Below, piece by piece: positions 1 through 14,350 of a stretch of DNA of 64,000 nucleotides (within the stretch, counting starts at the first letter, position 1; every line of letters begins with the position of its first letter). The notes beneath the pieces were generated by a model. It ran no database searches, was not told where the DNA came from, and was given only the letters and a program-made list of their open reading frames with translations. Origin of the DNA: Octopus sinensis (Eukaryota); NCBI RefSeq assembly GCF_006345805.1, contig NC_043011.1:58602464-58666463 (forward strand), in the 5' to 3' direction. A program made the position numbers and the translations under genes.

Positions 1-262
1 ATAACGCTATTATGTTTTGTAGAAACATCCTTGATATTATAAGTCCGCCATTGTCGTCGGACAAAAAGCTTTCACGTGTCTATTTTTTCCTTGCTTACTT
101 AGACAATTGCTTAAACTGAAATATAATCCAGATCAACGATTCTAGAATAACAAGGAATCTAAGAATTATTGAAGAAATATTTATGACAATGGAACTGATT
201 CAAGGGAAAGAGAATACAAAGAAATGTGTGTGGGTGTGTATATATTCACACACACACATACA

Positions 263-300
<38 letters not shown>

Positions 301-385
301 CACACACATATATATAACTATATATATATGTATATATGTATATGCATGTATATGTATATATATGCATGGGAATGCATGTATATAT

Positions 386-431
<46 letters not shown>

Positions 432-2642
432 TACACACACGCACAAACATACACACTCACACGCACACACACACACACACATACATATATATATTTATAT
501 CTAGGTGTATACACACTCATTCAGAATGTATACCTTTGCGGGATTGGCAGAAATGGCGATAGAAAGATGGAAACACACACATTGTGAGGGAATGGGAGTG
601 ATTCGAGTGTAAAACAGAAATAAGTAGATGTGTGTCCTTGTATTCTAATATTTATATCTTCCGATTTTTTGAACGTACAATACAATAATCCTGTTAAATA
701 AAATTCCCATCCGTATTAAAGAGAACGAACTCTTTTTCATGATATTTCTATTGTTCACCAATGTAAGTATATACGGAGTAGCTTTCTATTTACTCCGACA
801 TATGCATAGTACTTCCCAATATTGTAAGAGCAGTTCTGTAAAATGCTTTATTGTGCGATTTATATGTATATTATAGAAGCATGGAACTAAATACGGTGCT
901 ATTTTTAATCTCTTTTTCTCTACTCCCTATCAGCGTAATGTCAGGCGATATTTATTGGAATCGGACGACACTCCTACGTTGCAGCTTCCAGTAATACTTC
1001 GTTGTATATTCATAGAGGAAACGAGTTCAAGTCAAGTGATAGATTGCCTATTATTGCACTTTATTTAGTGATTACCTGATTGCTTCCGAAGTGATAAAGA
1101 GTAACGATAATCCTAGAGAAATTTCAGCTTGTGTCTTAAAAGTTATGAAGAGAAATACTGAAATACCTGTCTGAATTAGTAACGCATCTGATTTCCGAAT
1201 GAAAGGGAAAAACAAAATAGCTCATAGAAATGTAGAAATAATCATCATTTATTCAATAATGAATGTAATATTTAAATATGTTGATAAGCCTAATTTATCG
1301 TTCCCTTTTCTGTTGATATATTTTTATTGATGGAGAAACACATATTATTTGCTTATTTCATGTAATATTAGTTTCATACTACGGAGCAAGGCTGACAATT
1401 TTAGGGAAGATGGAGAGAAGTGGATTACATCAATCCCAGTTCTCAAATGGAACTTATATCAGTGACCCCGAAAGGATGAAACTTTAATTCTCCCGAATAT
1501 TCATTTACAAACGCATTTTCAAATCTTCATTAGTCTTTGAATCATAAGTGAAAACTGTACTCACGTACTTTACTTCAGATGTGCCTCTCGAAGACTGCCA
1601 TTTAATGAATTCCTTACGAGAAGGAAACAACAGTGACACCTCTGTCATCGGTTTCCATCTATTTCGTTGTTATCCGTACATGATGTTACGTGACACCGAT
1701 TAATATCCCATGCAATATATAAGGCGTCAACCAGGCAAAATTGGTAGCACCCCGAGCAAAATGCTGCTAAGCATTTTCTCTGTCTTTACGTTCAGAGCTC
1801 AAATTCCGTAGATGTCAACTTTGCCTTTCATCCTTTCGGGGGTCAGTGATATAAGTTCCAGTTGAGAACTGGGTTTGATGTAATCGAATTCTTCCCATCT
1901 TCCCTAAAATCGACAGCCTTGTTCCGAAACTTGAAACTAATATTACACGAATTAAGCAAATAATATGTCTTTCTCCATCAATAAACAAACAAAGACAGCG
2001 TCACCACATATGGCAGAAAAAGGCACAATAAGTTATACTTATCAATATATTTAAATATTACATGCATTATTAAATAAATGACAATTATTTCTACATTTCT
2101 ACAAATATATTTTTTTATTTGCTGTCTCTTCAATGTTGACAAGCAACAAACTCACATACACACACACAAGCACTCTGCGTTTATGTGCCTCTCTCTGTCT
2201 GTCTCTCTGCCTTCCTTTCGCTTTCTGTTTCATTAAATTATTTTGTCTTCATTTGTAATTCTTTACGGCTGAAGTTGCTGTTGTTATAAAAGGTTTATTG
2301 ATTAATTTCTGATATATTTACATTATCTACAAGTATGTTTCAGTCAAACAAAATGGCAACGACAAAAACAAATGTTCACCGCAACATCGTTCTGCCAGAG
2401 TTTAATAATTGTGTATTAATTCGTTCACATTTTAGTGACGAGAGTGAAATGCAAAATTTATTATGCTTTAATTCTTAATCAAATTATTTCTGGTTCAAAT
2501 AATAGATAAGTGAAAATTGCGTCGCGTAATTAAGAATTCTTGTAAATATTTAAACCTTAGGCTATACTGCTATAGAAATGACAATTAAAAATACAGAAGA
2601 CAGTATTGAACTGTGTCTAAATGAGTGGGACTATGTGGCACG

Positions 2643-2675
<33 letters not shown>

Positions 2676-2760
2676 GTTTGAGCGTGCTGGTGTGTTGTTA
2701 TATATATATATATATATATATATATACGTTTCAGCATGCTGCTGTGTTTATATATATTAC

Positions 2761-3030
2761 GAGATCGTGGGTTCGCTTCGTAGCCTGGGCGTTGTGTTGT
2801 GTTCTTGAGCAAAGCACCTCATTTTATGTTGCTCTGCGATCAAACCGACACCTGACACGTAGCGCCCAGTTGCACATGTACAGGTAATGTCGATTTGATG
2901 GAGGGAATATGCTTCTGTTTACACAACCATGTGATCACAATAAACAAAATCATTTTTGCGGTTGTCCGGTGAGAAATTGTCGAACCCTCATACGTCACCT
3001 AAAGTCGGAAGAGTCCATTGTATTCCTTTC
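2761..3030 (+). mobile_element. Diverged SINE fragment with CORE-like domain
   Basis: GGGTTCG..GTTGTGTTCTTGAGCAAAGCAC, similar to the 16067 copy. Confidence 0.6.
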
Positions 3031-3039
3031 GGTCTTTCA

Positions 3040-3218
3040 AAATGTGACCCCGTGTGTACCGTTGGCGATTTTTCCCTCTGTCTTCCCTTCTCCTATGTTT
3101 CCGACGAAGAGCTCCGCTCGAAACGTTGAACCCTCTTTCTTTCCTTCTTTCCTGAGCGTCCAATAATACTATATTTGTTCCACGTCCTCGCGTTGTTGTG
3201 TTTTTTTGTTTGGATTAA
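3040..3218 (+). mobile_element. Penelope-like terminal-repeat (pLTR-like) fragment carrying the hammerhead motif
   Basis: Pyrimidine-rich leader, hammerhead motif, then CCTGAGCG-containing AT-rich tail ending in an (AT)n/(ATGT)n tract; related to the 57660-57870 repeat. Confidence 0.5.
3097..3131 (+). ncRNA. Minimal type I hammerhead ribozyme-like motif (Penelope-type; C3-G8, U4C core)
   Basis: GTTT-CCGACGA-A-GAGC(TCC)GCTC-GAAA-CGT-T-GAAC: stem I GTTT/GAAC, stem II GAGC/GCTC, palindromic stem III ACGT, GUU cleavage triplet; folded by hand. Confidence 0.7.
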
Positions 3219-3230
3219 CTATATATACAC

Positions 3231-3261
<31 letters not shown>

Positions 3262-3320
3262 TGTATGTATGTATCTATGTATATATATGTATATATATAA
3301 TATATATATATGTATGTATG

Positions 3321-3357
<37 letters not shown>

Positions 3358-3377
3358 GTATGTATATATATGTATAT

Positions 3378-3409
<32 letters not shown>

Positions 3410-3524
3410 ATATATATATATATATATTAATATTAGGGATTATATCCAAACTTACAAGGAAAAATTAGATTTAGGATTAATAATGGTTTTATCTCTAATT
3501 TAATTTTACATATATACATATATG

Positions 3525-3583
<59 letters not shown>

Positions 3584-5790
3584 ATATATATATATATATA
3601 TATACATACATTGATATATGAGTGAAAAGCACCGACCGGCGAATGTATTTCGAAGAATGTCATCCCAGCCATTGAGTAGGCTATGTACGGATGACTTAAA
3701 GCACTGCAATATTTAATGTTATCAAGTTGGATATCATCTGTCCCCCAAAATAGCAAAATGCTATTTGCAGTATTTAATTATATATTTGATTATATCATTT
3801 TGTTAATATTAGACAGTTCAGAACCGATTTAACAAAGTTAAACTCCCGTATGTTACATACCAAGTGAGGTTACTTACTTGAATGGAATTACCTATTTCAG
3901 AACTAACTTCATAAGCCTTGATTTGAAATTTCCATGCGTGATAATTTTTAAATAACACTCTCTATATATGCAAGTGTTTACAGCTGTCACTTCGCCATTA
4001 TACCTTAGGGCCTGCTATGGTTGACTTTCAAAAACAAATTCTTCACCATCCGACTATTGATAATTATGAAGAAAGTAATTAATAAATATTAACATTACTA
4101 TAAACTGTCATTAATAATTAAATAGTATTATTGAATTTTGTAATGACTGCACTGAAATATTCCTACGCTCTTGAGGAGGAGTGTAGGGTCTATCATTTAT
4201 TTTGAACAATACGGATTGCAATAGACGTGATAACATCTATCAAAAATAACATCATGTAATTATCCTCGCTTCATCTATGTATCTATTTTTATCATACCAT
4301 AATGGAAAATCAAAACCATTCAGAAATAATATCTGATAAAAGAGATTTTATTGTGAATCTGTCTTGATGAACTTCTATTAACCATAAAATCTCAAATAAA
4401 AATTAAGAAGTGCCAATTAAATTCAAGAATATTCTCGTCAAATCTCTACAAGAAAACAGCACTGGAGATGAGTGGAATACGAAGCTGCAGGAACATTCTT
4501 ACAAAATATACATAACGCTCCTGTGTTAAGAAGATCATATCAGAAATATAAATGATATCTTTAACTGGATGTGCCGATGCAAATCTATGAGAACTATAAT
4601 CGATTTTACACTCTACTTTGGCTTTTTATGACCTCATAGAAAACTTTTAATTAGCAAGTTGTTTGCAGAATAATATTCTTCTGTACTAATTATTTCAGCA
4701 GGTTTCTTTCATAAAAATTATACATTGATTTCATTTTATACATATTAATAAAAAGAAAACACGCTTAATTATTTCACTGGCATGAACCGTTAAAGAAAGA
4801 ACTTTCAATGGAAATAAAACACGTTGCTTAAAATATAACACTAATAAACGAATAATAAAACAAGAAAATCCGCTATTACTGTCTGAAAATAAATACAAAA
4901 ATATTTCAGCCAATATAATTTCGCAAAATAGAGTAGAACTTTATTGTCGGTTGGGAATTTCGTGTAAAGTGCCTGAGAACATTAGTAAAAGAATAGGAAA
5001 ATTTCTCAAATATTAATTAATGGATGAAACAAAGCAAGTAGAAATGGCAATCTATTAATTCTACAAAACTTTTGCCATCATAGAATTATATAACGGCACA
5101 TTTGTTTCCCTTTGTCGTAGTTTTGATATTCATGAAATCATTAAATTATATCGGAGTGTTGCATAACAGCCTTCTAATCTTATCAGCGAAGGATTCATTG
5201 ATTCAAGTTAAAGTGTAACTTCCAAAACTCCTGCTACACTCACAACCTTTTGAAAGGAATGAGTTAAAATACGAGCCGTTTGTATACATGTATTGGCTGT
5301 AGTTTGTGATTAGCCAAACATCAAAGTGTTTGGCATTTTGATTCCCTAATGAGGCACTGATGAACTTTAATAAAATATGTAAGGAATGCTCTTAAATATG
5401 AAAGAACAAAAGAAAGTATATTACCCCCAGCTCATTAATATATAATAAGGTTTCAATGTGGGCTAATGAAAAAGAGCTTCTATGCTGACGAGTTGCTTGC
5501 TATAAATACTTATCAAACCCTCAGTAATTTTGCTTAATGGACATAATGCCATAATGGCAACATATAATGTTCGTAATATTCAAAATTGTATTTACTTATT
5601 TCGATCAAATTTTATGTCTATGTGCAATCTATAATATATTATACATTATCTCTTGATAAAAGGCGGTTAGGACACGCTTGGATGGGTTAGTTCGTAGGCC
5701 ACCTGCATGAGTGCATAGCTGATTGTGCAATGCATACATATCTTAACACACACATACATACACACATATATGATATTTTATAAGCTTAGG

Positions 5791-6940
5791 GATTATTATT
5801 ATCATCATCATCATCATCATAGACATCGCACAGTATACAATATCGCAAGGTTGTTGATTGAAGATATGTCTACCGGGAATTTGTACTATTTGTCAAATCA
5901 CAACAATGACCTCAGACAGACACGACGCAATAAACGTGCAGTTCCAAGTAATGCCGAATTTTGCTATATATCTAGATTGTAGGGTATTTCTAAGGTTTTC
6001 AGGTGCATTTTCTTTCAGATTGGGTGGTATTGAACCCAATGCTCCGATGACGATAGGGATAACCTTTATGTTCAACTCTCGTAGCTGTCACATCTTAGCG
6101 ATCTCAATTCTCAGGTCTCCATATTTATCAATCTTTTCTCTTTGTTTCATGATGATATGTTGACCTCCTGGCACTGCAACGTCAATTATTAGACATTCTT
6201 GTTTTTTCCTTCCTAAAGGTTACTATATGAGGCCTTTGGTGCCCTAATAACTTGTCCTAGAGGAATATTGCCTTCCCCATTTCGTCCATTACCTTTTCCG
6301 GTGTATATTGGTACCAAGAACCAGTAACCTCATATCCGTTCTTACGGCATAGTAGCCAATGGAGGTTTGGGGCTTCCTTGTCGTGTCTACGCTTATAATC
6401 TTCCTGCATAAAACATTCACAACCACTAGCAATGTGTGTCACGCTGTCGACCTTCTTTCCACACATTCCGCACAAGTTCTTTGCACTTTTGTAGAATAAT
6501 TTTTCACTGAGTTGGTATTCAATGCCTGGACCTAGGCCGCAACGATTAGACATTCAGTATTCTTTATTAGGTCACCCTTGTTACGCCACCTGTATAATGC
6601 TTGCTGCTCACTTAATATGCTGGTTTTACGGTGGAACTGGCCATGTAATTCCATTCGGAGTGTGATTTCTTCCCCCTCGCCGGCTGATCTTCGTCGGAAT
6701 ACATAAGCCCTCTCAAGTCCATTTTTGATAAATTCTTCTGCACTAGCAGCATACTGTAGCGGCTGTTCTTTGCTGTTCACCAAATATTCTGTCATGTTTC
6801 TTTTTTGACTGTTGATGCACTGATCCACTAATCAGATCACGTCCACCTTTACCCGCACGTCATACTTTAGGGTGTGGGCACCATACATGATCATTGTCTT
6901 TAGGGCGGTGCGACCGAGTTGGTTAATCGCCACTTGTGCC

Positions 6941-6942
<2 letters not shown>
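5791..6942 (-). mobile_element. 5'-truncated, decayed R4/Dong-type non-LTR retrotransposon (post-RT region, CCHC knuckle, restriction-like endonuclease)
   Basis: Broken frames give GGRDLISV, LHGQFHR..WRNKGDLIKNTECLIVAA, CGMCGKKVDSVTHIASGC..YKRRHD..LHWLLC, RPHIV..IIDVAVP..EKIDKYGDL, KVIPIVIGALG and QNSALLGTARLLRRV; 3' tail (TGA)n(TAA)n. Confidence 0.9.
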
Positions 6943-6972
<30 letters not shown>

Positions 6973-7093
6973 GTATTTACAAAAATAGTAAAATTCAACA
7001 CCGCCTTTAAAAAACATCGCAGAATATATATACATACTTATACTTATATACCTACATACATACATAATACACACATACATATATATGTGTATG

Positions 7094-7162
<69 letters not shown>

Positions 7163-7994
7163 TGGATGTTTGGATGTATGTGCATATTTTAGATATTAAC
7201 TATACATACTGCTAATAGCACACATCCTTAGCCTATTTCACATAAAAAGATGTAGATTGAGGCTAAAATGTCAGGGATGTCAATGTACTCTTTTTATACT
7301 AACAGACTATCACGGAACATCTACAGGGCTGCTATTCTCTTCACAAATGGTATTCATATTACACTTAATCATACGCTGCTGAGCCTACGAACCAAAGACA
7401 TGCAGGTAATTGTATTCTTTGGTATCTCCGCAAAATACCAGCATCGTAATAATGGCCTGAATCTCGTGTATTATGTCTGCTTACGCAGGGATTATGTTGG
7501 GAGTATATGAACAGTGGCAACACCAATTCGAGTAGCAAAAATCAAACTGTTAAATACTGTATTTATATGTATAATGAGGAGCAAATATTCAAGTACTTTC
7601 TTTGCAAAACCAAATTGCAGATAGTATGGGTTACTTAAATATACATTATATAAATAGCTGTTACGTTGAGAAAATGTGCATCCCCTCTACAATAATTGAA
7701 ATAATGTATAATTCCAGCGGATGTATAATTTGGAGTGAAATATTTTCTACAGATAATAAGAAAAAATGCCAAAGCGCCTGATTCATTGAGCGTATTTATA
7801 TAACACAAAGCATAGATGAAACCAATACATGTCACGGAGTTCGTTGTATATGTGAAATGTTACCGTGTTTCTCTTTAAGTTGAATTATCAGTATCTGCCT
7901 AATTCCTTCTCACAATCTCTCTATTCTGTCTGTCTGTCTATCTATCTATCTATAAATGTATATATATATATATCTATATATATATATATATTAT

Positions 7995-8084
<90 letters not shown>

Positions 8085-8980
8085 TGTATGTATGTATCTA
8101 CCCACTTATATGTATGTACATATGTATTTGTATATATAATATAAATATATGTGTGTATGTGTATGCATACGTGCATGCCTTTCTGTCCATGCGTGTACGT
8201 GTGTATGCGTGTGCGCGTATGGGTGTATGTTAAGGTATATGTATACAGTGGTGCCATTTGATTTAAGCACGCTAGTATAATAATGGGAAGAAATAATATA
8301 ATATATTATAATATGATATAATATGATATATATATAATATTATATATATATATATATTATATATATATATAGCTGTAGCTGGATGGTTATTCTCTTTTTC
8401 AAAATAAACACATGTACTATATATATTTTTTCTTGACATCAATTTCATTATTGTTACTATTTTGTAGTCCTGTGCCTGACATTTTTCGTCAAACATCATG
8501 TGACCACTTCAGATACTGTCAGAACAATACGAAAGCTGAAATGAAGAGCGAAGATATAGTCTGTCTTTCCGTTCTGAGGTCAAATTCCGCCGAGGTCGAC
8601 TTTGGATTTCATCATTTGGGGTCGATAAATTCAGTACCAGTTGCGTACTATGGTTCATCTACCCGACTGGCTCCCTCCCCCAAAATTTCGAGCCTTGTGC
8701 CCAGAGAAGAAAGGAATACAATATTTCACGTCAGGACTCTTATAAAGGAAATACATAAACGTTATGTATACATATAGGTTTGTGCGTGTGCGTGTGTTTG
8801 CGCGCGCGCACGTGTGTGTGTATGTTTATGTGTGTTTGTATAGACATATATTGCATACATGTATAGTATAGATGCGAAATCTAGAAAGCTTATCTATTTT
8901 TTATTTATTTGAAATCAGACAAATCGTTAAATTCTAAATGTAACTCCTTACATACAAACATAAAAACATGCAAATGTGCA

Positions 8981-9076
<96 letters not shown>

Positions 9077-9600
9077 ATATATTTACATATGTACGTGTCC
9101 TTGTAAGTTTGTGTATAAGTAACAATATATCAATGCATTCTTCTGCAGCTTAAATAGAATATAATTTTAGAATAGATTTTGTTTTGTTGACATTTGGCTG
9201 GGGACAGCTTGTATCGGGAAATGCTAAGATAATTGACATTAAAGAATTACTAGATAAAAGGTAGTACGAGAAAAAAATAATATATATTTTAAAAAAAACC
9301 CCACAAAGCAGCAAAAAAAAAAGAAGATATAAACAAATATCAATCAATATATTTTGTTTCAAGCAGAAACAGGAGATTTTATGTTGGTGATTTAAGCTAT
9401 ATATAAAGTACCGATACTAAGGATTAGGAAAATAAGAAATAAAATGAAACAACGAAGAATATTCCATAAAATAAAATAATGAAACATTTAAAATGACTGA
9501 TAAATGTATTGGAAATTTAAAAATATTTTTTATTAGTTTACCTTTCTCCGTGTTCAAAATAATTGCCAGTATTTATAGTGGTATATTGTAATACACAGAT

Positions 9601-9673
<73 letters not shown>

Positions 9674-9793
9674 TATATGTATGCATGTATGTATGCATAT
9701 ATATATATATATATATGTATGCATATATATATATATATATATATATACAATTATATATATACACAATTATTGTGTGTGTATGTGTATATACAA

Positions 9794-9843
<50 letters not shown>

Positions 9844-11223
9844 TTATAAGTATTCTTTAAGTGGAAAAGTATAATTTTTCTCCTTTTTTCTAATTTGTTT
9901 AAGATGAAAAAGCAAAAGACAGAATCTTTGGAATGAAACCAAACAAGGCAGAGATAAATTGAAACGAAAACAAATACAAGCAAAAACATTAAACAACAAA
10001 GCAGCAACATAAATAAAAACAAAAAAACAAAGAAAGTGTAAAGAAATAAATAGATTCCTGAACCAAAACAGTTTTAAGAAAACAATAAAATACTAGTAAT
10101 ATAATGTGATTAATAGAACATTTTCTGAAGAATATATTACTTTATGAAGTTTTTTTCCTACATTTGAAAATGTCCTAATGCCTATTGTTCAAAAGATTTA
10201 TGACATTCCAGGCATAACATAAATATAAATATACAAAAGTTGTGCAAATATTTTGGTTTATGAATTTCTGTAATAAACAACAACGGCCCAGATATCTTGT
10301 TAGAAAGATGTATTTTATTTCTTTAATTCATTATTTGGTTTCAAAGTGAATAACGAAATGTCTCCAGCCTAAATTTAAGCAATGAATCTGAAATATATAA
10401 TACACGAGAACCAATGCTGAATAAACGTAGTGTTATCTTACTCTATATCAAGGATGGAAATAGCGTACATTGTACGCTAAAGGACAACTACTCGCCGAAT
10501 CAGTATGAAATGGTATATTTAAGTTTACTTGATACGATTTCATTTTGTTTCCATCATTTTATCATTTGATACAACTTTGCATTTTATTACGTTCAGTTTC
10601 ATCCTCATATAAAATAGGAATTTTACATAAAACCAAAACCGAATAAGTGAAAGGAAGAAGCTAAGTCACTTTACATTCTAAGTTCGAATCTGGCTGCTTC
10701 AATTATCATTGAAATACTGAAATTAATTTAATCAAAGATTGTAGTATATTGGCCGGTATATTAACAGAAATGCTAGCAAGTTGGCCGATGTTTATTATGC
10801 TGTGTTCCTGAGGTTCTTCGCCTTTAGAGTTTCAGTCTACGCACAATTTTGATTTCCTTCGCTGATTCGTCGATCATATAGATTTCAAGACGGCGAGATG
10901 CCAGAATATGGAGCACGCCCGCAAAATACCTAGCACCATTTCGTCCGTTTTTACGTTCTCTGTCAAAACACTGCCAATCTCGACGTTGCCTTGTATTATT
11001 GGGGGGTGACAAAATAAGTATTGTTCAAGCACTACGATTGATGTAATCGACTTACATTTACCCTAAAATTTCTGGTCCTATAACAAAATTTGAAACAACT
11101 ATTAATTTGAACATTACGTTGGTGAGCTGGCAAAATCGATAGCACGCCGGGCAAAAAGCTTAGACATATTTCATTCGTCTTTACGTTCTGACTACCGAAG
11201 TCGACTTTCATGCTCTCGTTGCT

Positions 11224-11793
11224 ATGAGTATAAAACAAGTTTACGAGTGGTTTTCACACTTTAGCAATGGGCAATTGTCGCCTAAAGACCAACTTCGTTC
11301 GGAACGACTGTCGACCGCTCGAACGAGTGAAAGCATCATGGGAATTCATGGACTGATCTTGTAGGACCCTCGAAAAACAACTGACGAACTTGTTGATATG
11401 ACTAGTGTGTTTTGGAGTTCCTGTCAACTAATTTTGTGCGAATGAAAAGAGTTGCAGCAAATCCTGTGCCTCGCTTGCTGACGGAAGATCAAAAGTAGTC
11501 AGGACTGAATGCGTGTCGGGAAATAAAAGAACCTTTTGGAAGGTAATTCGGATCGCTTTTCGAAGGTCATCACTGGTGACGAAATCCGATGCTACTGAAT
11601 TTGCAGATGTGGAATAGGTGAAGAAGCGAACGTCGCAGACGTAAAAACGCATAACTTCACAAGAGTTCCAGCACTGATTTGAACAGTAGAAAACATTGCT
11701 TCAAATCGAGGGAACTTTCAGGGCGATAAAAGTGTAAAACTAAATGAACAAAATGTTATTACAAATTCCGGTTTCTAGTGTGCATGTAGTGTA
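11224..11793 (+). mobile_element. Decayed, internally deleted mariner transposase relic
   Basis: MSIKQVYEWFSHFSNGQLSPKDQLRSERLST, MKRVAANPVPRLLTEDQK, SKVITGDEIRCY (first catalytic D) and terminal GNFQGD-like remnant; stops and frameshifts; third-D region absent. Confidence 0.85.
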
Positions 11794-11908
11794 CACACAC
11801 ACACTACATTTATATATATATAATATATATATATATATATGAAGACACACCACACACACACACACAGATATATATATATATGTATATATATGTATATATA
11901 TTATGTAT

Positions 11909-11969
<61 letters not shown>

Positions 11970-12767
11970 TACAACATTAGAATTACAATGTTAATGCTGC
12001 ATTCATCACAATTCTCCAGCGAAGTGGATCGTGAAACTCCGAGAAATAATTTTGCGACCATATTGCACCTTCAAAAAATCATCTTATCCTACGTTTGGTA
12101 TTCAAGCGCTGTCTTATTCAGCCTTGGGTCGAGGTAAATGATCGATCACCTCCACTGAACTTGCTGTCTTTATGCGAGAATTTGAAACGAATATTAGTTT
12201 TGGCATTCTTCATCATACTCATCACCAAAATTTAGTTCTGAGACGTAGGTATTGCCGAGGTACATATACTTTTGATTGTGCAGTCTCCTCCATGCGTTCT
12301 ACCCAGACAAACATGAAAAATTTATTTCAGCTGCAGCTGAGATAATTCAAGACGTTCATATGGTTTTGGATAAAGATCAGTCAAGTTGAAAGTTGTAGAG
12401 AAAAGGTGAGGAAATCACTTTTGAGAGATAATCTGAAGTTATACAGCAAACTTAACAAATGTTGTGGGGATGAACCTTAGTCAATGATCAGGAAAAACAG
12501 GCAATGAGTGAGGAAGAAATATAACGCGATAATAAGCAAATGTGTGATGGTTGATGATAGCAATAAAATCAGAGTAGATCGAAAGAAATCACTGCAGCTG
12601 AACGTTACATCCATTTCAGGCATTACAATATTAGGTAAACGTTATAAACGTAGAAGCCATCGCAATCCTTCGTTCAATGTTTATTTATGAATTACATGCT
12701 ATAAGAAAACAGTCTGAGATAATTTCCAAAGACCGACAGATGAATATACTGTTTGGTGTTTAGATTG

Positions 12768-13270
12768 CTATATAAGAAAATATAAATTTATGACTTGGCA
12801 ACTGAGCCGTAAATTGCTTCGGCCGGCGGCGGCGCGGCGGACGGGAGACGAGAGGGCAGCGATGGGCTGGCCGGCTGCCGCTTTTAGACTCGTCCCGCGC
12901 CAGTGCGCGCGGTCACCTTTCGAAACGGCTGCGACGAAATGCGTCCGGACTGCGATCAACGAACGAGTGCGATGACGGTGGTCGCCGGCGTCGGCCACAA
13001 CGACGACGCGCCAAGGCGGCGATGCCCGGATGACGAGCGAGGAAAACGACGGGACAGCGCACCGAGACGAGGAGGAACAGGACGACGATGCTCGTCGCGG
13101 CGGCGATGCAGCGACACCCGGAGTTAAAGCCACGGTTCTGTCCGGGCAGGGACATACGGCAGCGCTCTCTTTCGGTGACGCAGCGTCGCCTGTGGCGAAC
13201 CCGGAAGCGACGACTAGCCCGTCCGCCGCGCCGGCGGCGACGCGACACGAGGTCAGCGGCGTAACCTGAC
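12768..13270 (-). CDS. GC-rich island, candidate terminal coding exon (strand and frame uncertain)
   Basis: CpG-rich block 12815-13270 in an AT-rich background, bounded on the minus strand by tandem acceptors (TTTAG|GTCAG|); two minus frames are open (stop at 12768 or 12913). A plus frame, MTSEENDG..DEEEQDDD (13030-13269), is an equally plausible first exon. Confidence 0.4.
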
Positions 13271-13834
13271 CTAAATATAAACATTTCTTACAGCACCAAG
13301 AAGTACAGTATTAATGCGTATAAGTTGAAAAATGATAGAGTTTGACTATTTCATGCATGGACCAAAGGAAAAGGGACAAGGCTAGTAAACCCCAAATAAC
13401 TCTCATAATATATTTCCTATTTTATGAGGTTAAGCAAATTGATTTGCATGTTCCTATTTGGATAAGATCCAGTAGACGAGTCTGTGAAAATATTCTACGT
13501 CGCATTCGTATTGAAACAGCTTTGAAGTGGAACAACTACTACCGTCTTAAATTGCCGTGTGTGTAATGCGATCCAGGCTGCAGTAGATTTATGCAGTGGG
13601 GAGAGTAAATATCATGTCGGAATTGACAAGATATTGACACTCTTGTCCCTCTAAAAAGGAAAAGCACGTTTCCATGATGTTGATTTTTCCGTTTCCATGA
13701 TGTTGCAGCATCTGCATGCAATTATAGCACATGTCCAGGATCGATAACTTCAGCTCATCAGAGACGTTATCATTTATATTTCTGTCTTTTTTTTTTTTGA
13801 AACGTTAATGGTATCTAAAGATTTGTTTCGATAT

Positions 13835-13905
13835 TACATCATCATCATCATCATCATCATCATCAAGTTCCTCATCATCATCAAGTTCATCATCACCATC
13901 ATCAC

Positions 13906-13936
<31 letters not shown>

Positions 13937-14150
13937 TTGAAGTTCATCATCAGCGGTAGCAGCAACCGTAGCAGTATCACCATCATTACCAACGTTATTA
14001 CCATCATCGTTATCCCCGTCAACCCACACGCCTATCTTTCTCCTCCTCTTGATCACCACCAACTCAATCACCACCACCACCACCACACCACCACCACTAT
14101 CCTCCTCCTCCTCCTCCTCCTCCTCATCATCATCATCATCATCATCAACA
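13835..14150. repeat. Compound (ATC)n/(ACC)n/(TCC)n trinucleotide tract
   Basis: Read directly from the sequence; explains the poly-D/I/M ORFs. Confidence 0.95.
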
Positions 14151-14350
14151 ACGGTCTATTTTGCTTCCATGTCGGTTATAGTCACCAGACCGAAGTGTTT
14201 CGAAAGTATTACTACTCTGCTTTATAATCCATTTGCTTCCATGCTTCCCTGTCATCCTCAGTTCTTCAGGCAATGTTCTCCAAGTACCCTCGGGTGCTTT
14301 TCTTTTGTTCTCCTTGGTTTCAATACAATGCTTGCCCCTCCAAATCACAT
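14150..14350 (-). mobile_element. RTE-type LINE 3' end relic with (GAT)n tail
   Basis: KRKAPEGTWRTLPEELRMTG resembles the RTE C-terminal RGRP..TW motif; runs into the (GAT)n tract on the minus strand. Confidence 0.45.

Noticed and set aside
7305-7404. Plus-strand exon-like segment (LSRNIYRAAILFTNG..KDMQ|GTAATT)
   Set aside because: Plausible splice sites but isolated, unrecognised and with no compatible partner exons.
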